Source: Scyliorhinus canicula (taxonomy: Eukaryota). From it: a stretch of 64,000 bases of DNA. Positions 49,801 to 59,849 of the stretch are shown one piece after another. A program made the translations under genes and the position numbers. A model generated the notes under the pieces. That model searched no databases. It saw nothing but the letters and a program-made list of their open reading frames with translations, and was not told the origin of the DNA. Numbering within the stretch: position 1 is the first letter of the stretch; each line of letters begins with the position of its first letter. The stretch covers positions 126,917,256 through 126,981,255 of the forward strand of contig NC_052149.1 in NCBI RefSeq assembly GCF_902713615.1, read 5' to 3'.

Positions 49801-50600
49801 TACCCAGCTATCACCCTACCCAGCTACCCACCCTACCCAGCTACTCACCCTACCCATCTACCCACCCTACCCAGCTATCACCCTATCCAGCTATCACCCT
49901 ACCCATCTACCCACCCTACCCAGCAATCACCCTCCCCATCTACCCACCCTACCCAGCTACGCACCCTACCCAGCTACCCACCCTACCCAGCTATCACCCT
50001 CCCCAGCTCTCACCCTACCCAGCTATCACCCTACCCAGCTATCACCCTACACAGCTATACCCCTACCCAGCTATCACCCTATCCATCTACCCTCCCTACC
50101 CAACTATCACCCTACACACCTCCCCACCCTACCCAGCTACACACCCGACCCAGCTATCACCCTACCCGGCTATCACCCTACCCAGCTATCACCCTATCCA
50201 GATATCACCCTACCCATCTATCACCATACCCAGCTGTCACCCTACCCATCTACCCACCCTACCCAGCTATCATCCTACCCAGCTATCACCCTACTCAGCA
50301 ATCACCCTACCCAGCTATCACCCTACCCAGCTACCCACCCTACCCAGCTATCACCCTACCCAGCTATCACCCTACCCAGCTATCACCCAACCCAGCTATC
50401 ACCCAACCCAGCTATCACCTTACCCAGCTATCACCCTACCCAGCTATCACCCTACCCAGCTATCACCCTACCCAGCTTTCACCATACCGATCTACCCACC
50501 CTACCCAGCCATCACCCGACACAGCTACCACCCTACCTATCCACCCACCCTACCTAGCAATCATCCTACCCAGCTATCAGAGTACTCAGCTATTACCCTC
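37837..50600. repeat. 12.8-kb satellite of a 16-bp monomer CTATCACCCTACCCAG (minus: GGGTAGGGTGATAGCT), ~800 monomers, with higher-order structure
   Basis: Direct reading; diagnostic variants recur at ~6.7-6.8 kb offsets. Confidence 0.97.
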
Positions 50601-50804
50601 CTCTCTTGCCACCTTACCCACCTCCCTACCCTTCTCTCTTACCTCACTCATGTCCCCACCCTCCTCACTTACCTCACGCACCACCCCACTTGCATGCCCT
50701 CACACACCCATTGTCTCAGACATTCGAACATTGAGCAGCTTTGTGATCTTTAAACTTACCAGAATATGGCAGCTATCGGTGTAAAAAGGGCAGGTGGACG
50801 CTCT

Positions 50805-53075
50805 GTGGTATTATCACTGGGCCAGTAATCCAGAGAGCTCAGGCTAATGCTCCCACTGGCAGCACCCAGCAGTAGCAGAGGCGCATTGATATACCGCCGG
50901 GAGGGAGTTACCCTGGGAGTCCTGAACATCAACTCAGGACACCATGAAATGCCATGGCATCAGGTCAAACCCAGACAAGGAAACCTCATGTTGATTACCA
51001 CGTACCGTCAATCCCTTAACTGATGAATCATTACTCCTCCATGTTGAACACCACTTGGAGGAAGCACTGAGGGTGGCAAGGGCACAGAATATACTCTGGA
51101 TGAGAGAGTTCAATGTCCATCCCCAAGAGTGGCTCAGTAGTACCACCACAGACCGAGCTGGCCGGAGTCATAAAGGACATAGCTGCTGGACTGGGACTGC
51201 AGCAGGTGGTGAGGGAACCAACAAGAGGGATAAACTTACTTGACCTCATCCTCACCAACCTGCCTGCCACAGATACATCTGTCCATGGCAGCATCAATAG
51301 GAGTGAGCACCGCACAGTCCTTGTGGGGACAAAATCCCATCTTCACATTGAGAATATCCTCCATCATGTTCTGTGACACTATCACCGTACTAAATGGGAT
51401 AGACTTTGAACAGATCCAGAAACTCAAGACTGGGCATCCATGAGGTGCTGTGGGTCATCATCAGCAGCAGAATTGGACTCAACCACAAACTGCAACCTCA
51501 TGACTGCATATCCCCCACTCTACCATTCCCACCAACCCAGGGGATCAACCCTGATTTAAAGAAGAGTGCAGGAGTGCATGCCAGGAACAACACCAGGCAC
51601 ACCGAAAAATGAGGTGTCAACATCCTAAACCTACAACACAGGATTACCTGCCTGCCAAACAGCATAAGCAACAAGTATTAGACAGAGCTCAGCAATAGAT
51701 CCATAACCAACAGGTCAGATCTAAGCTCTGCAGTCCTTCCACATCCAGCCATGAATGGTTGTGGACAATTAAACAACTCACTGGGGTAGGAGGCTCCACA
51801 AAGATCCCCATCCTCAATGATGGGGGAGCCCAACACATAAGTGCAAACAATAAGGCTGAAGCAGTCATAAAACTCTTCAACCAGAAACGCTGAGTGGATG
51901 ATCCATCTGGGTCTCCTCCGGAGGTCTTCAGCATCACCGATATCAGTCTTCAGCCAGTTTGATTCACTCCACGTGATATGAAGAAACAGCTGAAGGCTCT
52001 GGATGCTGCAAAGCCTATGGGTCCTGACAACATCCCAGCGATAGTACTGAAGACGTGTGCCCCAGAACATGCTTCACGCCTAGCCAAGCTGTTCCAGTAC
52101 AGCTACAACACTGGCGTCTACCCGACAATGTGGAAAGTTGGCCAGGTGCGTCCAGTACACAGGAAACAGGACAAATACAACCCAGCTAATTATCACCCAG
52201 TCATTCTGCTCTCAGTCATTAGCATCATGATGGAAGGTGTCATCAACAGTGTTATCAGCGGCTCTTAGCAATAATCTGCTCACTGAGGCCCAGTTTGGGT
52301 TTCACGAGGGTAACTCAGCTCCTGAACTCATTCCAGCCTTGGTTCAAACATAGACAAAGGTGCTAAACTCTCGAGGTGAGGTGAGAGTGACTGCCCTTGA
52401 CTGAGTTTGGCATCAAGGAACCCAAGCAAAACTGGACTCAATGGGAAGCAGTGGGAAAAGTCTCTCCTGATTGGAGCCATACATGGCACAAAGGTGGATG
52501 GTTGTGGTTGTTGGAGGTCAATCATTTCAGTTCCAGGACATCACTGCAGGAGTTCCTCAGAGTAGTGACCTAGGCCCAACAATCTTCTGTTGCTTCATCA
52601 ATTACCTTCCTTCAATCATAACGCCAGAGGTGGGGATGTTCCTGAATGACTGCACAATGTTCAGCACCATTCACGACTTCTCAGATACTGAAACTATCCC
52701 TGTGTAAATGCAGCAAGACCTAGTCAATATCCAGGCTTGGGCTGAAAAGTGGCAAGTAACACTTGCATCAAACATGTGCCAGACAATGGCCATCACCAAC
52801 AAGAATGAATCTAACTGCTGCCCCTTTCAATGTCATTACCATTGCTGAATGCCCCATTTTCAACATCCTGGGGGTTATCATTGAGCAGAAACTGAACTGG
52901 ACCATCCATATCAATACTGTGCTTAACAAAACTCATCAAAGGCTGGGAATCCTACGGCGAGTAACTAACCTCCTGACTCCCCAAACCCTGTCCACCATGG
53001 ACAAGACACAAGTCAGGAGTGTGATGGAATACTCTCCACTTGCCTGGATGAGTGCAGCTCCAACCACCCTCACCT
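50805..53075 (+). mobile_element. Degraded CR1-like LINE beginning with a tRNA-like head remnant
   Basis: 50805-50852 TGGTATTATCACTGGGCCAGTAATCCAGAG matches the head at 13523-13470; then EN and RT (GVPQSSDLGPTIFCCFINYLPS). Confidence 0.8.
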
Positions 53076-53975
53076 TTATCTTTTCAGTGGTGGCAGCAAC
53101 GGCAGGGTAAAATGCCAATAGTACGGGGATAGACAGCCGCGGTCTGAGGTAATGACACATTTCAGAAAGTGCGTGAGTATGTCCTGGAGGGTATTTTCAA
53201 ATTGGATTAAATTGTCAGTCATTTTTTAAGCAAGGGAAGGGACCTGTTTGATTTATTTAATTTTTTAATAAAATTTTAAATTTAAATAGTTTAGTCATGA
53301 CAGGCAAACTCAAAGATGTGTTATGTTCCTCCTGTTCTATGTGGGAAGCCAGGTACATTCCAGTGCCCGGGACCAGCATTTGTGCAGAAAGGCTGTCCAG
53401 CTATAGCTTCCGGAAGCTCGGATTTCAGATCTGGAATGGTGGCTGGAGATAGTGTGGAGCATCCTTGAGGCTGAGAGCATCATGGGTAGCACACTCAGAG
53501 AGATGGTCACACCGCAGCTGAAGGGACTTGAAGATGGAAGGGAAAGGGTAACACCAAGCTGTCTATGATAAACAGGCAGGTAGTTCAGGAGTTCCCTGGA
53601 AGCTGATGAAGGTACTGGTTCCTCCAGTGAGTGAGTGAGTGCAGACAGAGCCAAACATATGGCACCACAGGAGCCTGTATGTACAGGAGGGGAGGAAGAG
53701 ATGAAGAGCAATAATAATAGGGGAACCTATATCAGGGGAAAAATAGGCATGACTGTGGCCATCAACCACTGTGACTCCTGAATGGTGAGTTGTCTCCCTG
53801 GTACCAGGGACTTGGATGTTGCTGCACGGCTGCAGGGAATCCTGAATGGGGGGGAGATAAGGCAGAGGTCATGGTCCATCTTGGTCCCAATGATATCAGT
53901 AGAAAGAGCGATGAGGTCTTCCATCAAGAATTCAGGAAGCAAGGCAGTAGAATAAAAAGCAGGACCACTCGGGTT

Positions 53976-54290
53976 GGGCAGTATGGTAGCACAGTGGGCA
54001 GCACTGTGTGCTTCACAACTCCAGGGTCCCAGGTTCGATTCCTGGCTTGGGTCACTGTTTGTGTGGAGTCTGCACGTTCTCCCTGTGTCTGAATGAGCTT
54101 CCTCCGGATGCTCCGGTTTCCTCCCACAAGTCCCGACAGATGTGCTGTTAGGTGATTTGGACATTCTGAATTCTCCCTCTGTGTACCCAAACAGGCACCA
54201 GAGTGTGGCAACTAGGGGATTTTCACAGTAACTTCATTGCAGTGTTAATGTAAGCCTACTTGTGACAATAAAGATTATTATTATTATTAT
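53976..54290 (+). mobile_element. tRNA-derived SINE with (ATT)n tail
   Basis: gggcagtatggtagcacagtgg...gtgacaataaagattattattattatt. Confidence 0.9.
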
Positions 54291-54721
54291 TGTAATCTCT
54301 GGATTACTCCCAGTGCCAGGTGCGAGTGAGCACAGAAATAGGAGAATAATGCAGATTAACGTGTGACTTAAGAGCTGGTGCAGGAGGGAGGGGTGTAAAT
54401 TCCTAGATCACTGGGACCATTTGTGGGGAAAGTGGGACCTGTGCAAGCGGGACAGTCGACATCTCAACCACAGAGGGACTAACATCCTTGTGGATGGGTT
54501 TGCACGTGCTGTTGGGAGGAGTTTAAAATAATTTGGCAAGGAGAGGGGATGACAGAATGTTAGCACAATAGGGACGCAGCATTATTCAGTAAAGCAATCG
54601 AGTCAGAGACTATAGAACTTTATTGAATTTCAAGGGAGAAGGCAAGACTGGATGGCATCTACTTTGTTGCTAGGAGTATTACAGGTGAAGCGGATGAGTT
54701 AAGGGGGAGGATGAACACGTG

Positions 54722-54890
54722 GGGCTGGATTCTCCGCCCCGTTACACCACATTTCTGTTTCACCCCACTGGCGGGATGCTCCGTTATGCCAGCTAAACAA
54801 TGGAGTTTCCCATTGTGGGCAGCCCCACACCGTTGGGAAACCTCCGGGCTGCCGGCAAAATGAAGCATCCGCCGGCAGAGAATCCAGCCC
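54722..54890. mobile_element. Harbinger-type MITE in the CR1 endonuclease
   Basis: Perfect 13-bp TIRs GGGCTGGATTCTC / GAGAATCCAGCCC; TSD GTG; removing it restores N-T-W-N-C-D. Confidence 0.88.
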
Positions 54891-56185
54891 GTGGAATTGT
54901 GATATAGTTGCCATCACGGAGATGTGGTTGAGGGAGGGGCAGGATTGGCAGCTGATATCAAATCTTCAGGCGAGACGGGGGTGGGGGTAAATGAGGAGGA
55001 GGCACTGCATTATTAGTTAAGGAGTCAGTTACTGCAGGAAGGACAGATGTTGGGCGGGTTTCCTGTCGGCCAACACCAAAATCACAAAATGCAATTTGGT
55101 GGGGAATCTGTTTTGACTCTGAAATTGTGGCGCGCGCCGGTTTCAAAATCGCAATTCTCCAGTGCCTCAACAGCAGCGTCATTGTGTTCCATTCCTCACT
55201 TAGAGAAAATGGCATTGGCAGATCAGCGTGCCTGACCCGGTATTCTCCAGGACTCCGCGATTCTCCGCCTCCATCGGGGCGAGTTCCTGACGGCGAGGTT
55301 CACTTGTGCTTTTAACAATCGTGAAACAGGCATCGTGGCTGATGAGGGAGAGAGAGGGGTTCGGACCCGGAGAGGCACCACCTCTTCGATGCCGGTTATG
55401 ATGCTGGGGGAGGGGGTGGGCTGCACGATTGTCCTCAATACCTGGGCCCTCTAAAGCTGTGTACCTAAGCCCCTACTATATTTCCTATACACACACGACT
55501 GCGTGGCAAAGTTTGGCTCCAACTCCATGTCCAAGTTTGCTGATGACACAACCATAGTGGGTTGGATCTTCAACAACGATGACTCAGAGTAGAAGAGGGA
55601 GATAGAGAACCTTGTGGAGTGGTGCAATGACAACAATCTCTCCCTCAATGTCAGCGAAACTGAAGAGTTGTTCATTGACTTCAGGAAGCACAGTATCATA
55701 CACACCCCTGTCTGCATCAATGGTGTAGAGGTGGAGATGGTGCCGAGATGGTTAACAGTTTCAAATTCCTAGGTGTGCACATCACCAATAATCTGTCCTT
55801 GTCCACCAATGTCGAGGCTGTGACCAAGAAAGCACAACAGTGCCTATACCTCCTCAGGAAACAAAGGAAATTTGGCATATCCACATTAACTCTTCCTAAT
55901 TTTTACAGAGGCACCATAGTAAGCATCCTATCTGGCAGCATCACAGCCTGGTGTGGCAACTGCTCGGCCCAACACCGTAAGAATCTACAGAGTCGTGAAC
56001 ACAGCCCAGTCCATCACACAAACCCTCGCCTCCCATCCACTGACCCTGTCTACGCCTCCCACTGCATTGGGAAAGCGGGCAGCATAATCAAAAACCCCTC
56101 CCACCCAGCTGACTCACTCTTCCCACTTCTTCCATCGACCAGGAGATACAAAAGTCTGAGAACACGCACTAACAGGTTCAAAAAC

Positions 56186-56399
56186 CATGATGTGGAAATG
56201 CCGGCGTTGGACTGGGGTGAGCACAGTAAGAAGTCTTCCAACACCAGGTTAAAGTCCAACAGGTTTGTTTCAAACACGAGCTTTCGGAGCACTGCTCCTT
56301 CCTCAAGTGAATCACCTGATGAAGGAGCAGTGCTCCGAAAGCTAGTGATTTGAAACAAACCTGTTGGACTTTAACCTGGTGTTGTAAGACTTCTTATTG
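56186..56399. mobile_element. Penelope-like inverted (pLTR) insert, ~85-bp near-perfect palindromic arms
   Basis: Arms 56227-56310 and 56312-56396; 11-bp TSD GGTTCAAAAAC (56175-56185, 56400-56410). Confidence 0.8.
56310..56350 (+). ncRNA. Minimal type I hammerhead ribozyme
   Basis: AAUCAC-CUGAUGA-A-GGAGC-AGU-GCUCC-GAAA-GC-UA/GUGAUU: 6-bp stem I, intact core, 5-bp stem II, palindromic AGCU stem III, UA cleavage site after 56344. Confidence 0.85.
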
Positions 56400-57206
56400 G
56401 GTTCAAAAACAGCTTCTTCCCCGCTGTTACCCGACTCCTGAATGACCCTCTTATGGACTGATCTGATCTCTTCACACATCTTCTCGACTGAGTAATACTA
56501 CACTCCTGTATGCTTCATCCAATGCCGGTAGCTATGTATTTACATTGTTTTTTTTCATGAATGGAATGATTTGTCTGGACTATGCGCAGAACAATACGTT
56601 TCACTGTACCTCGGTACACGTGACAATAAAACAAATCCAAACCCAAGGATGGAGTGCTGGCCACACAACAGGCCGAGGAGGAGGAGGAGGAGGAGGAGGT
56701 GCAAAGGAGGTGCCACATGGGGCCTCATGTGTACCGGCAGCGCCTGACATTCGAGGACCTGCCGGACCGGGTATGCTGTCGAAGTCTCCGGGTGATCAGG
56801 GGACAGTGCGGAATTTCTGCCAGATCATGATGCTCCAGGCACCATCAATAGGAGAGGACACACGCTCCCAATGGTCGTCAAGGTGACGGTCGCCCTGTAC
56901 CTTTACGCCATGGTGTCCTTCCAGGCTCGAGTGGGATCCAGTCTGGGATCTCACAGAGCTCGGTGCAAAGGTACATCCACGTTGTCACGGAGGACCTATA
57001 TCCCCAGAAGCCACAATATATCCATTTCAATGTGGCCCATGCCCACCACGATACATCGCTGGGATACCCCGGGTCAAGGAGAGATCAATGGGGTGCATGT
57101 CCTCCTGCGAACATTTGCAGATGACAGGCCGCTCTACACAAACCGAAAGGGGTTCCACTCGATGAACATGCAGCTGGTGTGTAACCATCAGCTGAGCATC
57201 ACACAC

Positions 57207-58067
57207 AACTGTGCCCAATACCCGGGCAGTGTGCACAACGTCTTCATCATAAACAACTGTGCCCAATACCCGGGCAGTATGCACAACGTCTTCATCATAC
57301 ACAACTGTGCCCAATACCCGGGCAGTGTGCACAACGTCTTCATCATATACAACTGTGCCCAATACCCGGGCAGTGTGCACAACGTCTTCATCATACACAA
57401 CTGTGCCCAATACCCGGGCAGTGTGCACAATGTCTTCATCATACACAACTGTGCCCAATACCCGGGCAGTGTGCACAACGTCTTCATCATACACAACTGT
57501 GCCCAATACCCGGGCAGTGTGCACAATATCTTCATCAGACACAACTTTGCCCAATACCCGGGCAGTGTGCACAACGTCTTCATCATAAACAACTGTGCCC
57601 AATACCCGGGCAGTGTGCACAAAGCCTTCATCATAAACAATTGTGCCCAATACCCGGGCAGTGTGCACAACGTCTTCATCATACACAACTGTGCCCAATA
57701 CCCGGGCAGTGTGCACAAAGCCTTCATCATAAACAACTGTGCCCAATACCCGGGCAGTGTGCACAACATCTTCATCATACACAACTGTGCCCAATACCCG
57801 GGCAGTGTGCACAACGTCTTCATCATACACAACTGTGCCCAATACCCGGGCAGTGTGCACAACTCCTTCATCATACACAACTGTGCCCAATACCCGGGCA
57901 GTGTGCACAACGTCTTCATCATACACAACTGTGCCCAATACCCGGGCAGTGTGCACAACGTCTTCATCATACACAACTGTGCCCAATACCCGGGCAGTGT
58001 GCACAACGTCTTCATCATACACAACTGTGCCCAATACCCGGGCAGTGTGCACAACTCCTTCATCCTG
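57207..58067 (+). repeat. 48-bp in-frame tandem repeat, 18 copies (NCAQYPGSVHNVFIIH)
   Basis: First unit 57207, 18th unit 58023 (17 x 48 exactly, no net indel). Confidence 0.97.
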
Positions 58068-58120
58068 GCACACTCGATGATTCCTGACATGTTCGAGATG
58101 CCCCCCCCAACTGAGGGGTT

Positions 58121-59139
58121 TGTTGTGTTATACACCCTGGGGTAACACGGACTGCAACATGATGCAGATAAATGATAAAGCATACTCCAAACATAGGCGT
58201 TGGTTCAATAAGTTTTATTGAACTTCAGTAACGAAGCACGCAGCTGCCTGTGGGTTGACTCTCTACTACTCGAAGTAAACTGACACTAACTATCTTGACC
58301 AGGCTAGCTCTGATCCACGTGTAGAAGGTGTTGGCTGATTTGTACACCCTGTTGTGGGAGCGGTGTTTTCATAACCCCAAAATGTACCATGGAGTTCAAC
58401 CAACCTCTCCCTTTAATGGATTGTTGCTTTTGAAGCACGCGGCTTGGTCTCCAGGTGTGGGATTCCAATTATGGACACGTGGGTTTTTAAACACAAAATA
58501 ATGTTTATTCCATGAATTCAACTTAACCTTTTTAAATAAACATTGGCTCATTTACCACCCCTTACTCCAAAGATAACCCTGAAAATAATACAACACTAAA
58601 TAATCCCTCAAAATGGTCCTTCAAACCTCCAACCTCCAAAAGACTGAACACCTTTAACAACAGAAACACATCAGGTTAAAGACATAACTGTTATGAGTTT
58701 AAATCACCCAAATGATTCAGAGATAGTCTTTCATGGCAGAGATCACAGCAGATCCAGCTCACTGCAAACACAGACACACCCAAGCTCTTTTCCTCAAAAC
58801 GGAAACCAAAACACTGCAAAATGGCTGAGCTAAAAACCCAGCTCCACCCACACTCTGACATCACTTCAGTAATATGAGCTGCTCCATTTCTTAAAGTTAC
58901 ATTACTTAGACATCCATTTCTTAAAGGTACTCTCACGTGACAACCCTGAATGTCACTACAGTTGTCCCCAGTGGAAAGAGGCAGAGTGCTGATGCCTCGT
59001 GTGTTTTATAGTTGGAAGCCCCCCTCTGGTGTTCTGTCTGCTGATTGGTTGTGTTCTGTTCTGTATGTTGATTGGCTCACCTTGGTGTCTGTCACTGTCT
59101 GCTTTTGCATCATGATGTGCATAGGTGCATATTATGACA
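58121..59139 (-). mobile_element. Solo LTR inserted in the transposase, related to 12975-13378
   Basis: TG...CA; perfect 5-bp TSD GGGTT (58116-58120, 59140-59144); same ...TATTATGACA terminus. Confidence 0.85.
58350..58942 (-). mobile_element. Second solo LTR nested in the first
   Basis: TG...CA; 4-bp TSD ACCC (58346-58349, 58943-58946). Confidence 0.8.
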
Positions 59140-59849
59140 GGGTTTGCTCCTGGGTGATAGGGGTTATCCACTGCGGCTGTGGCTGATGACGTGGAGACCC
59201 TCTACAACAACGCCCATGTAGCGACCAGGAGTGTGACCGAGCGGTGCTTCGGCCTCCTGAAGATGTGGTTCAGGTGCCTGGACCACTCCGGAGAAGCCCT
59301 TCAGTATGGTCCCGAGAGGGTGGCCCGCATTATGGTGGCCAGCTGTACCCTCCACAACATCACGCAGCAGAGGGGCAATGTGCTGGCAGAAGAGGGTGAA
59401 CACCCGGCCTCCTCTGATGAGGAGGATGGAGGGGAGGGCGAGACAGGCAGGGCATAGGGCCTGGGCAGGCACTGGAGGCCCTACAATGTGTGCACAAGGG
59501 CCAATGTACACGGGACGCTCTGATCACCTCCAGATTCACCGACTAACGGTGTCTGACCAAGGGCACAGACACCACAAGGTCCCCCACACACCCCGCCCCG
59601 CCTCATGGCAACTCGCCCGCCCAAAACATCCTCTATGATACATTCCTGCCACACTACGGGATGCAGACCCTGGTTGGCAGTAACAACGGGTCTGGTCTAT
59701 GGGACGGAGGATGATGACAGCCCGCTCAGCAATGAGCTCTAGTGCTCCGCATCGTTTGACAATGTCTGACTCCTGCCACAGTAGCACTTTCCACCTGGGT
59801 GATCCCTGCCTGCGAGCTGACCAGTCCATTGAATCATTGATGTGCCAGA

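Larger units (their letters stand above)
53270..55020 (+). mobile_element. Degraded CR1 LINE 5' part (Zn-finger, esterase, EN start) with SINE and MITE insertions
   Basis: ATGTTATGTTCCTCCTGTTCTATGTGG (MLCSSCSMW), VHLGPNDISRK. Confidence 0.75.
55450..56640 (+). mobile_element. Rex1/Babar-like LINE 3' part
   Basis: KFADDTTIVG, FKFLGVHIT, KKAQQCLYLLRK; tail TTTCACTGTACC...GTGACAATAAA. Confidence 0.75.
56645..59560 (+). pseudogene. PIF/Harbinger (HARBI1-like) DDE transposase, disrupted by frameshifts, a tandem amplification and nested LTRs
   Basis: VKVTVAL, GEINGVHV, YTNRKGFHSMNMQLVC, YPGSVH, LLGDRGYPL (59148-59175), TERCFGLLKMWFRCLD, CTLHN. Confidence 0.9.
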
